64,000 bases of DNA, taken from Octopus sinensis (lineage: Eukaryota). Shown here one piece after another: positions 11,765 through 24,195 of this stretch; within the stretch, counting starts at the first letter, position 1, and each line of letters begins with the position of its first letter. A model generated the notes under the pieces. That model did no database searches. It saw only the letters and a list, made by a program, of their open reading frames with translations, and was not told where the DNA came from. Location of the stretch: the NCBI RefSeq assembly GCF_006345805.1, contig NC_042999.1, forward strand, positions 6,510,001 to 6,574,000, read 5' to 3'. Position numbers and translations under genes: made by a program.

Positions 11765-13085
11765 TGTAATTCCAACAAGCATCAAATATAGTAACACAAA
11801 TGCAGAATTTTTGCTGCCTTTCACTATAAAGTGAGAAGTGTATATGTGTGTGGTAAAAGTTTATTTGCCAACAGAATGTGGCAGTCCTATACAAGGACGA
11901 TGTTACTATTGCTTAGTCGCAGGAAACATGTTTCCATCCGGCTATTGACACACAGTTTGTCACCGTATAGAATAAGCAAGGGAAGTCATCGCTCTCATCT
12001 CTAACCTTCGTGATACTCACAAACCTAGGTTTTGATCAGGCATAAAACCTTGACATGTCTGAATACTTTTACGATTCAATACTTTCGTTTTTTTTCAATA
12101 CTTCAGACATTGTTTCTATTTGCCAATCAAATCATTTGCCTTTGGTGGTTAAGTAACTTTTAGAGTCGTATTTTATTGCAGAAGTTAACCATTTTTCAAA
12201 TTTAGACAGTAAATCTCTCGAGAATTTTTCTAATCTGTCTTGTAAAGAAATGTAGAATGTGATTAAAAATGGTTAAACAACACCTGAACAGAAACTTCTT
12301 CGACAGTGTAAATGTACGGAAATAAAACGAACAAACTGCGAGGTGTAGCAAGAGAAACCGTCGTATGTCTGCGATCCGGAAACTAGACGCTGTTGTTTCA
12401 CTCGGTTGTTGTTTTCTGTATCTAGTGGCTGAGCCGGAACCGGATGTTGTTTTCTGTATCTAGTGGCTGGGCCGGAACCGGATGTTGTTTTTTGCATCTA
12501 GTGGCTGGGCAATAACCGGAAGTTGAAATTTGTCAACGGTAGCTTTTTGTTTTTCGATACTTTACTTCATTTAATACCTACTGTCTGCCCTGAATATTTG
12601 CCATTTGCTGAAGACATATGCGTAGGATGTGTGGCGGGGTTTTTTTGTTAGTCCACTACCACCGCTTGATAACCGGTATTGGTTTATTTATGTCCCCGTA
12701 AAATAGCAGATCAGCAAAAGAGACCATTTGAGTAAGTACCAGGCTTATATAAATAAGTGCTGGGCTCGATTTATTCGAGTAAAATCAAGACGGTGCTCCC
12801 GCATGGCCGCAGTCTAATGGCTGAAACGAGGAAAAGATAATAGGTAAAAGATTCATATCTGCGATCCGTAAACCAGACGCTGTTGTTTCACTCGGTTGTT
12901 GTTTTCTGTATCTAGGGGCTGGGCCGGAACCGGATGTTGTTGTCTGTAGCTAGTGGCTGGGCCGGAACCGGATGTTGAAATTTGTCAGAGGTATTTGCTA
13001 TGTATTGTTGGAGAAAGCTTCTTGTTCTTTCAATAATTTACTTTATTTAATACCTACTGTCTACCCTGACTATTTGCTGAAGGTA
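11765..13085 (+). repeat. Locally duplicated block, copy 1, with internal partial re-duplication (12857-13085) and 38-bp tandem units
   Basis: Inverted homologue at 26561-27298. Segment 12036-12430 differs from 26817-27211 at only 2 positions by manual comparison. Confidence 0.9.
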
Positions 13086-13450
13086 TTTTAGAGGCCCGGC
13101 AGAGATACAGATGTGTCGGAGTGGTTTGTTTCATGGTTTCGGATTCATTTCCACTGCATGGCCCCTCGGGAAAGTGGCTTCTACCATAGCCTTGAGCTAA
13201 CCTGAGGTCTGCGAGACACAAAAGATACAACTCATTTTTGGCCGGTGAGTGGAGTAGAGTAACGTGAAATAAAGTATCTTGCTCAAGGACACAACGCGCC
13301 GCCGTGTAATCGAACTCATGACCTTACGATCGCGAGCCCAACACCCTAACCACTTAGCTATGCACCTTTATACACACACACGCGCATGGAGGAATCGACG
13401 TAAGCTTAAATAATAAACCGCGATAGGTGAACCGCGATGTGGCGAGGGAT

Positions 13451-13678
13451 TACTCTTTTACTCTTTTACTTGTTTCAGTCATTTGACTGCGGCCATGCTG
13501 GAGCACCGCCTTTAATCGAGCAACTCGACCCCAGGACTTATTCTTTTTTTTGTAAGCCCAGTACTTATTCTATCGGTCTCTTTTGCCGAACCGCTAAGTA
13601 ACGGGGACATAAACACACCAGCATCGGTTGTCAAGCAATGCTAGGGGGACAAAGACACTCACACAAACACACACACGC

Positions 13679-13748
<70 letters not shown>

Positions 13749-13920
13749 CATATATACGACGGGCTTCTTTCAGTTTCCGTCTACCAAATCCACTCACAAG
13801 GCTTTGGTCGGCCCGAGGCTATAGTAGAAGACACTTGTCCAAGGTGCCACGCAGTGGGACTGAACCCGGAACCATGTGGTTGGTGAGCAAGCTACTTACC
13901 ACACGGCTACTCCTGTGCCT
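13451..13920 (-). mobile_element. SINE-A with expanded internal (TA)n
   Basis: Full head-to-tail copy. Confidence 0.85.
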
Positions 13921-14157
13921 ATATTATTTTTCAGGAAGTTAAAAGTTATGACCGGTCATAGATTGACCCTTGGTTTCGGATCTATAAAGCGCTTTGCAGG
14001 CAATATAGGTGACTCGTGAGACTCAAATGGCTGATGCCGCCTTTAGCCATCAGAGTCTCAGGAATCGCCTATACTGACTGTTAAGCGCTTTATAGGTGTG
14101 AAACCAACGGTCAATCTATGACCAGTCATAACTTTTTAAATTTCCTAAGAATATATA
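13921..14157. mobile_element. Fold-back (palindromic) MITE-like element
   Basis: Arms of ~105 bp (13933-14037 versus 14041-14146) are imperfect reverse complements (roughly 80-85% by eye) around a loop of only a few bases. Confidence 0.7.
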
Positions 14158-14292
14158 TTACTGCTCTAGTGTTTTGGAGCAGGGATGAGGAAACTTTTTA
14201 GTGCGGCGGGCAAAAATTCTCCCTCCTCCCACAAAAAAGGTCCGCGGGCTGATTACAAGGTCTAACTCTTATATCTGTGTAAATCTTGTATA

Positions 14293-14501
14293 TACTCTTT
14301 TACTCTTTTACTTGTTTCAGTCATTTGACTGCGGCCATGCTGGAGCACCGCCTTTAGTCGAGCAAATCGACCCGGGACTTATTCTTTTTGTAAGCCCAGT
14401 ACTTATTCTATCGGTCTCTTTTGCCGAACCGCTAAGTGACGGGGACGTAACCACACCAGCATCGGTTGTCAAGCAATGCTAGGGGGACAAACACAGACAG
14501 A

Positions 14502-14587
<86 letters not shown>

Positions 14588-14740
14588 GACAGGCTTCTTT
14601 CAGTTTCCGTCTACTAAATCCACTCACAAGGCATTGGTCGGCCCGGGGCTATAGCAGAAGACACTTGCTGAAGATGCCACGCAGTGGGACTGAACCCGGA
14701 ACCATGTGGTTGGTAAGCAAGCTACTTACCACACAGCCAC
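14293..14740 (-). mobile_element. SINE-A with internal (CA)n(TA)n
   Basis: Near full-length copy. Confidence 0.85.
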
Positions 14741-15400
14741 AATTCGATATACATTAATAAAGATACGTTTAACACATTAAATTAATGCATAACATCTTCA
14801 TTAAAGCCACCACTGAATTTAGGTCGTTTGTATTACTTATGAGGTATTCTATGTTTTTTTCAGTTAGAGTTATAGCGGCTGTCGTTGGCCGTTCAAGTGC
14901 ATGCTATTAAATGGAAAAAAACCCCAGTTAGTATGAATCACCATAAGACATTTTTGTGTATCAATATATTGTTTATTCTGTGTTCACCTTTTGTGGTGGA
15001 AGCATGTAGTATAATACAAAAACGTGTGTATTTACTTACAAAGAAAGTTTTGATTTTTGCTTTTGCACTGAAAGAAGTAACATATGATATTTGTATTACA
15101 GTATGTGTGCTTGTGTGTAATGAGAACAGTCATTTTGAGAATATGAGTCTGATAAATTATCTTCGATTACAAACCATATATCTTGTGTCGAGGTGAATAG
15201 ACATGTGAGTCGCACATGGGAGATTGCGCGTGGAGCTGCAGAGAAGACATGTGTCTTTGACCAAAGCCTGGAAGGAACTGAGACCGTTTCTACAGTGGGG
15301 CTCAGAACGAGGCTAGTGTATCAAAGCAAGGCTTGTGTATCAAAGTGAGGCTAGCCGCCTCATCGTCTGCTGTGCAGGTCGACTCACATATTTCTGTGCC

Positions 15401-18400
15401 CAGTGGCGGATCTACCATAAAACTAATGAAGCTTAAGCTTCAGGGCCCCTAATCCCGGAGGAGCCCCTCTGAAGCAACTTAATTTTTCATTCTGTCAGAT
15501 TTTTTATGTTTTTGCATTTTTCCAGTCTTAGTGGTCGTCATATCATACTCCTAAGCAGAGTCTAAACATGTAGTGTCTAGCCACGAGTTGTTCACCTGAT
15601 GTTTCTGCCGGTGTGGTGTAGCATAAAAAATAAAAGTACAAACGACTTTCAGATAATTCGTTTTACTTGAATTATTTTGGAAACTTCAGTTCTGCCCCCA
15701 CCCATTGTCAAATATGTCTACTATTACATCAACACGGTAGAGATAAGAATTCTTATTTTCTCACCATTATTTAATGACCAATGAAAGGGTTTGCCTCCTA
15801 ATTTTGGACTTACAACTTGTTCAGCAACAAAGCATTTTTCTACTTGAAAAATTGTTCCAATATCGCCTTATACGAAATGAGCAATTCTTCATTTATGACT
15901 ATATATTAAGCTGTGGACCCTTATCTTGATCGATCTCTGTCTCGCTGTGGCTAATGAAAATATTACCAAAATTTGTTTTTCACAGAGTTCTAGGCTCCAA
16001 AAGGAATTGCAATGTCTCCAAGAAAGTACTTAAGCAGATACCAGAAACGCCAACTCAAGGAAAAGCAATCTAACGAAATTTCTAAATGCCAATCAAACTA
16101 TTTTACGATGTTAGGTAAAAGTTTGTCATCACTTGCAACTGAAACCAGCCATGCAAGCACCAGTGAAGTTAATGATAGGGCACAAGCCATGGATGCTCTG
16201 TTTAGAAATAATCAACCTACTGTTGACCCTTTTGATGCAGATGATGATCACGGTGGTCAAGAACTCCGAGAAAAGAGAGAGCAGAAACAGGAAACAGGAA
16301 GCGAATTTAGTGATTTCGAAGAATACAGTGACATGGCGAGCTGGCCCGTAACAATTGATAATGATTTCATACAAAACTGTTTAATGCAAGACTTCAGTTT
16401 TTTTTTCAAAATAAAAATCCAGATAATGCATTTACTGAATCCAACAAGGTTTACAAACAACAAAATCGAAGTTTCTCAAACAAGTACTTTGAAAAAAAAA
16501 AAGATTGAAAAAGGATCAGACTGTAATGAGATCCTGGTTAGTTTACCCAGAGAGCAATTTCTTTTCTAAATGCCAAATACCACTTACAACGGGTGGGTTT
16601 TCTGTTTGGATGAATATACTCAGAACTCTAGAAAATAATGAAGGCAGCATGGAACATAACAGGGCGATGTTGAGTTGGCTAACACGAAAGTCAAATAAAA
16701 CCACTGTGGATCAGCAATTTGAGGAACAGTTGAAAAATAAAACATGTACTATTTTGAAGTACTGAACAGAGTTGTAGCAGTTATAAAGTTTTAAGTGGAA
16801 GAGATTTAGCATTTAGAGGTCATGAAGAAAGGTGGGGTTCCCCAAACAATGAAAATTTCATGGGGGCCATTAACCTAATTGCGGAATTTGACCCATTTTT
16901 ACATGAAAATTTAGAGAACTGTAAAAATGAAAAAGTAAACATTACTTACCTATCCAAATCTGTGTCTGAAGAATTGGTAGAAATCATGGGAAAACATGTG
17001 AAAGATGAAGTGCTGAATGAGATCAACAACCGAGACATCAAATACTATTCAATTATTGTTGACTCTACACCTGACGTGACACATGTTGACCAGTTGGTAA
17101 TTGTGGTTCGGTACTGTTATGATGGAAAACCCTGTGAGATTTTTAGCATTTTTGCCAATAGAAAAACATTCATCTACGACCTTGTTCAATAAAATAACAA
17201 TTTCTAGGGGAGCGTAAGCATTCACTTGAAAATATCCGTGGTCAGTTATACGATTATGCTTCCAACATGAAGGGCTCAGAGAAAGGGCTGCAAGCACTTC
17301 TTGTAACCATTAACAGGTGTGCAGACCATGTACCATGTGCAAGCCATTCACCCAACTTTGTTTGGTAAAAGGCAGTGTCTACGGTACTTGAAGTTGTTGA
17401 CTATTTTGGCATCTTGCAGCAGCTGAATGTTTTCTTGAATCTTCTCGAAGATGGAGAATTTTGAACACACAGGGCAATCTAGCTCTTTTACTAAAGAGCT
17501 TAAGTGTAACTTGATGGTCTGCGCACTATGAAGCAGTCCAGGCAATTAAAAATGGATATAGGGATATTTTACAAACTCTCAAACATGTGTTTGAAGACTC
17601 CAAAGAGAAGCCTGAATGTGAGCAAGATGCAAAGAATTTATACCACAAGTTGGTAAAATTCGAATATGCTGTTTTAATAGTCGCTTGGGAGGGAGTTATA
17701 GAATGCTTTAACAAAACAAGTAAGAAACTTCAAACCCCTGGTTCTGATATATTTGAAGGTTACTTTCTGCTTGCATCTTTGCTTTCATTTGTTAAAGAAC
17801 TGCGAGAAAATTCAGTTGACAGGATTGCACGCTATGAATCAGTACCAAAAGGTTTATTGTGAATACATCACCCGAAATTATTCTGAGGTTTCTAACCACA
17901 TTGTTACAAAGAAATTTGCAGATGGAATAAGTGATAGAGTTTCTTTGAAAGGGGCTGAAAAATTTAGGATATGACTGCTTGATAATCCAAGAGGATGGAC
18001 CCATATGAGCAGATTGTGAATAGGTTCAAGTTTCTGTCAGAACTGATGAACAATTCAGAATTTGATGAAAACAGTATCAAACTTATAATATCGCATTACA
18101 AAGACGATATTGACCACAAATTAATTAATGAGTGTTATCAGTTCAAAGAGTATTTACACCTTTGGAAATCCTGGAACGCAGAAAAAAACACACCATCTAA
18201 AATGCAATGCACAGAGGTTCTTCAGCCTATTTATCAGCAACAATTAATCGAAGTGTCCCCTAATATTACCACTGCACTTAAGCTGTATTTGACAATGCCT
18301 ATTACGAGCTGTGAAGCAGAAATAAGTTCCTCAAAGCTTTCTTTTGTTAAGAATAAATTTCGGTCTACCACGGCTGAAGAGCAATTAAATTCCTTATGCA

Positions 18401-18879
18401 TATTGTCTCTAGAAAATGATATTGCAAGGAAGCTGTCATATGACAAAACTTTTGCTAAAAAATTTTAAACCCCCCCCAGAAAAAAGAGTATTTTGTAATT
18501 TTCATATGTATCTTAATGATGCATCGTACATGTATATAACGCTTCCATAATTTTCAACCCCCAAAACTCTAAAAGTATAAGACATAACCTGGAAAATATT
18601 TGTAGTGATATGCCATGGAACAACCACATCGACAAACATATCGGTAATTACCCACACTTCGTTTCTGATGGAAAGAGGGCTCACTTTCAGACTCTTTTTT
18701 AAAGACTCCATGTCAGAACTCCACCATTTGGGCTATCAGGGCCACAAGCTGGAGTACCTTGCAAGGGCACAAACAATTTTTGGCCCTTGTTGGATGTTAC
18801 CCTGTTGTTGCTGGTTTTAAAGAGGCCCCCCCCATAACATTTTAAGTTTCAGGACCGCAATATTGTAGATCCGCCACTG
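15401..18879 (+). mobile_element. Full-length hAT DNA transposon (ZMYM1-like transposase type)
   Basis: Perfect 15-bp TIRs CAGTGGCGGATCTAC (15401-15415) and GTAGATCCGCCACTG (18865-18879). Flanking 8-mers TCTGTGCC / ACTATGCC match at 6/8, consistent with a decayed hAT TSD. Confidence 0.92.
16012..18468 (+). pseudogene. hAT transposase, multiply frameshifted with in-frame stops
   Basis: Split ORFs contain LAFRGH, YSIIVDSTPD (first catalytic D), YDYASNM, CASH (CxxH), a (R)WS motif with the preceding codon mutated to TGA, and the C-terminal dimerisation motif PITSCEAEISSSKL. Confidence 0.9.
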
Positions 18880-19429
18880 ACTATGCCTAAGTTATGTAGC
18901 TCTGCCACAGAGTGTAGTCGGGTCTCAAGGGGTTGGTACAAACCTAGCAATATGCGTTTTATAGTGAAAACAAAATTTCCATTCAAATAGTATTTACCGG
19001 ACGATAACTGTTCGAGTGTAACCGTTTTAGGTCGTAGTGGAAACGTGACCTATGTCGCAAAGAGGCAGACGAGGATTGTATAAATGTTATAATTGAAAAA
19101 TTTACTATATTTTGTACATACGAGTATATCTGAAACCATACTTCTGTGAAATTGGTTGACAAAGTTGGTACACACATACACACGCGCACGTGCGCACACT
19201 ATCACGCCCACAACCACATGCTTTCAAGTTTCTGTGACTATTCTTGAGTATGTCTTAATGAATTACATGCATATATATGTATATATATATATTGTATATG
19301 TATATATATATGTATGTATATGTATATATATATTGTATATGTATATATTTATGTATGCATATGTATATATATATGTATATGTATATGCATGTATATGTAT
19401 ATATATTCTATATGTATATATATATTGTA

Positions 19430-20668
19430 GCTGAAGGAGGGAATAATATGCCCAATACATAAAGGGGGAAGTAGAGCAGATGCCAAAAACTATAGGCCTA
19501 TCTCTCTGACTTCACACATCAGCAAAGTCATGGAACGGATAATCAGAAAGAAACTAATCGCATTCCTTGAGGAAAATAACTTGCTGAGTAATACCCAGCA
19601 TGGTTTTTGACCAGGTAGGAGCTGCCTGACCCAGCTCTTACAGCATTATGACTGGGTGTTGAGGCAGTTACTCAACAAATCAAATGTGGACGTAATCAAC
19701 CTTGATTTTGCAAAAGCTCTTGACAAGGTGGATCATGGTATGATATGCCACAAACTACGTGACCTCGGCATAGCTGGAAAACTTGGAGTGTGGTTGCATG
19801 ACTTCCTGAAAGATAGGAGTCAGGCAGTAGTGGTTAATGGAGCCACCTCTATGAACACACAAATAGTGAGCGGTGTTCCACAGGGCACTGTCTTGGGACC
19901 ACTGCTTTTTATAGTGGCCCTCTCAGATATGCCCTCAAATGCCCGGATAGCCACTCTGGCCAGCTATGCAGACGATACGAAAGTCTCGCAGAAAATACAG
20001 AACCCCAGCGATGTTACACACCTGCAGCAGGAGTTGGACTCAATCTACAGATGGGCTGAGGATAATAATATGCAGTTTAATGCTGAAAAATTCCAGGCCC
20101 TGCGCTACTAGCATCCAAAACTGAATATTAAACTTACAGGATACACCGGTCCACAGGGAATTTCATCCCAGAGCCTAAGTCTGTGAGGGACCTGGGTATC
20201 GACATGAGTGATGATACTTCTTTCCAAGTGCACATTACCAGGATGGCGACAAAGTGCAGACGACTGGCTGGGTGGATCCTAAGAACATTCAGAACCAGAG
20301 ATAAGGAAACCATGATGGTCCTCTGGCGGACATTCGTCCTCAGTCGCCTGGATTACTGCTCACCCACCAATGTAAAATTAACAGCGGACCTTGAAGCAAT
20401 CCAGAGAAGATTCACGAAGAAGATCGTCTCTTTGCAACAGCTCAGCTACTGGGAAAGGTTGAAACAGCTAAGACTCTACTCCCTGGAGAGAAGACGGGAG
20501 AGGTATGCAGTGATATATGTCTTGAAGATCCTGGAAGGAATTGTGCCAAATTTTGGCATTGTAAGCTACACCAATGCTAGAACGGGACGACACTGCATAG
20601 TGCCAAAGATCCCAGCAATGCCATCACGCTTCAGGACCAGCTTCTGCAACAGCCTGGGTTTCAAGGGC
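19430..20668 (+). pseudogene. LINE A: CR1-group reverse transcriptase fragment, truncated at both ends
   Basis: IICPIHKGG...NYRPISLTSHISK, LDFAKALDKVDH, PQGTVLGPLLF, YADDTK, RDLG, RLDYCS. Nonsense codons near 19607 and 20108 and a frameshift near 20165. Confidence 0.92.
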
Positions 20669-23585
20669 CTTCCACCAATACACAAAAATGGAAGATAAGA
20701 TTCCTGGAGGACTGGGTCGAGGCCCATCCAAACCAAATCCCTTTCTTCGTCCTCACTGAAACCCATCTTAGTGACCTCCACTTGGAAGCCGAGGTGAAAG
20801 TTAAACATTTCAAAACCATTCATGCTGATCGTGCTGGCAGAAGAAAGGGTGGGACTGCCATTTATGTCCATGATTCATTCTCAACAGAAGCCATGAACAT
20901 ATTTTCCAATGGATACTGCGAAGCAGTCGCTGTATTCAGTCAAACCAACAACTTAACAGTAGTTGGGCTCTACAGACCACCCCAAACGCCCCTACCATGC
21001 TTCAAGGAATGCCTCAACAGCATAAAGTGTTTCATTCAGCAGTGTCAACCTGACAACATTTTAATGATGAGAGACTTCAACCTTCCCGGGGTTGACTGGT
21101 CTACAAACAGTCTGCCGCCAGGTTCTTCTCTCTCAACCCCTGACAGGGAGGCAGTGGAATCGCTTCTTGACTTCATGAATGACTTCTTCTTGTCCCAACT
21201 GGTACTCGAACCAACGAGATGTCACAAAAACGTCTTAGACTTAATTTTCAGCAATCACACTGATACTATCCACAATATTGCAGTGGAGAAAACCCTACTC
21301 TCCGACCATGACATGGTTCTCTGTGATCTGAGATTTCACTGGCCAAAATGCAAAACAAATGTCATCCCTCCTGTTCATCCATTTGACACTATGGATTTCC
21401 ACAATGCAAACTGGGAAGCGATCAATAATGATCTTGCACAAGTCGATTGGTCCTTCACGCACACATACACACCCACTAACATCAAAAAGTCCTGGCAGTC
21501 ACTTGTAGACACCATCACGAACATATGTGCAAGACACACCCCATTAAGATCTGCAAACAAATCTAAGTGTCGAAACCCTAGAAATAGAAAATCTCTCATA
21601 AGGAAAATTAAAAGAATCAACAAAAAGATCAACATACTGAAATACTGTCAACAGCAACACACCAACCTGACTGCCATCTCGTCGCTAGAGATTAAAAAAC
21701 ATAAACTCCAAAACAACATGATGTCTATCATCAATAGTCAGCGAAGAGCTGAAGAGGCCTGGGCCATTGAGAAGATCAAACTCAATCCCAAAGTGTTCTT
21801 TTCATTTGCAAAAAAACACAGTCACTGGTTCTACTGTTGGCCCTCTGATTGATGAAAATGGTACTCTTCAAGACAATGCCAAAACCATGGGAGAGATATT
21901 GCAGAAACAATATTGCTCTGTTTTCAGCAATCCTGATATGACTGATCTGGGCTGTATCAGTGATGTTACTCCCCAATACACTTTATCGGACATAACATTT
22001 GGCGCACCTGATGTCTTAGCAGCAATAAAGGAAATGAAGCATAATTCAGCAGTAGGTCCCGATAGGTTCCCTGCTTGTGTCTTGAAGATGTGTCAAAACC
22101 AACTTGCACCCCCTCTAGCCAATCTGTGGCAGAACTCACTGGATGCTGAATATATACCAGAAGACCTTCTATCCCAGTCTGTTGTCCCAGTTTTCAAAAA
22201 AGGAAACAAATCGCTTGCCGTGAATTACCGTCCAATCTCACTCACCTCTCATATCATCAAGGTATTTGAGAGGGTGCTGAGATCGCGTATGACTCACTTC
22301 CTTGAGAGTCATAATATGCTGAACCCCAACCAGCATGGATTCCGTAATGGGAGAGATTGCCTGACACAGCTACTGCATCATTTTGATGACATTTTGAGAG
22401 CCTTGGGAGAAGGTTCCAACACTGATGTCATCTACCTTGATTTCAGCAAGGCCTTTGACAGGGTTGATCATAAGATCCTTCTGAGAAAGCTGTCCAATAT
22501 TGGTGTCACTGGAAAGCTGCTGCAGTGGATCAAGTGCTTCCTGTCTAACAGAACCCAACATGTTGTAGTCGAGGGAGTCAAATTCGGCCCAGCCAAAGTC
22601 AGCAGTGGTGTCCCACAAGGCACTGTGTTGGGCCCACTTCTCTTCATCATCTACATAAATGATATTACTGACACCATCAAACACAGTAACATCAGAACCT
22701 TCGCTGATGATTCCAAGCTCCAGAAGGTCATCAATGGCGTGGATGACCGAATAAACCTTCAGTCAGACCTACTGGCTGTTGTCCAATGGGCGGAAAAGAA
22801 TAACATGTTGCTAAATGAAGACAAATTCGAACTGATCCACTTTGGAAGGGAGGACGCTCTGAAACTCCCATACTCTCTTCCTTCTGGACAAATTCTCATG
22901 GCATCCAACAACATCAGAGACCTGGGAGTAACAGTGGACAACAACATAAGCTGGGCTACACATATAAGCTAAAGTTGACATGGTCCGCAGAATGTGTTCC
23001 TGGATTCTCAGAACCTTCCAGTCGAGAGATTCCCACGCTATTATCCTTCTCTTCTCCACTTTTGCCCGACCCCACCTTGAATACTGCTGTCCACTGTGGT
23101 CTCCCTACACAAAACAAAATATTATGAGAATTGAAGCTCCCCAAAGGTCAATCACAAAAAAGATAGATGGCATGTCAGACCTTGACTACTGGGGTAGACT
23201 AGAGAAGCTGAAATTGTATTCACTCCAACGACGCCGTGAACGCTACATTATCTGTATGATGTGGAAAATATTCCATCAGCACTGTCCGAATGATGTTGGC
23301 ATCACCTTCAAAATGCATCCAAGGCTTGGACCACGTACCATCCGTCCACAACAAAAATGTAAATCGCATCACATAACGACAATACGGCACAACTATTTCA
23401 CCTCAATTGGACCCGCTCTCTTCAACATTACACCAGGACACGTCAAAAAAGAAACTGACCACACAAAATTCAAGAAGTCTTTGGACAAATTCCTTCAAAC
23501 AGTACTGGACAAACCACCCACACCCGGATATGTCTCCGCAAACAATAACTCTCTGCTCGAATGGGCCTTGGTGCCCAAATCCTGA
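20662..23585 (+). pseudogene. LINE B ORF2 (APE endonuclease + reverse transcriptase), two frameshifts
   Basis: APE motifs LTETHL, GGTAIYV, YRPP, RDFN (GDFN variant), PTR..NVLDLIF, SDH. RT motifs NYRPISLTS, QHGFR, LDFSKAFD, PQGTVLGPLLF, FADD. Frames switch near 21810-21830 and near 22970. Confidence 0.93.
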
Positions 23586-23672
23586 ACTGAAAGACTTCGC
23601 CAGGTGGTGCTATTAAGTTAGACATGGCCTGGGCCAATACTGGCCAAAACCTTTCTAAGTTATTCTAAGTTA
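20662..23672 (+). mobile_element. LINE B: CR1-group element, near-complete ORF2 plus 3' UTR with short tandem tail (TTCTAAGTTA)x2
   Basis: APE and RT domains are collinear; stop at 23585; tail at ~23653-23672 runs into a TA-rich microsatellite. Confidence 0.9.
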
Positions 23673-23817
23673 TATGTATATATATTGTATATGTATATAT
23701 ATGTATGTATATGTGCATATATATGTGTGTGTATATATATATGTATATATGTATATATATATGTATATCTGTATATATATGTATATGTGTATATATATGT
23801 ATATGTGTATATATATA

Positions 23818-23862
<45 letters not shown>

Positions 23863-24195
23863 GCATATGCACATATATATATATGTATATGTGTGTATAT
23901 ATATATGTATATATATGTATATGTATATATATATATGTATATGTGCATATATTTGTTTATGCGTATATATATAATGTATATGTGTATATATATGTGTATA
24001 TATATATGCATATATATGTGTGTATATATATATGTTTATATATATGTATATATATATATGTGTATGTATATATATGTGTATATATATATATGTATGTATA
24101 TATATGTATATATGTATATATATATATATATATGTGTATATATATACATACATACATACATATATACATACATACATACATACATATATATATGT
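23670..24195. repeat. Compound (TA)/(TATG)/(TG) microsatellite
   Basis: Directly visible; source of many Y/I/V/C-rich pseudo-ORFs. Confidence 0.97.

Noticed and set aside
15204-15388. TGTGAGTCG...CGACTCACA-bounded segment as a solo LTR
   Set aside because: Only a 9-10-bp inverted repeat, no TSD and no second copy.
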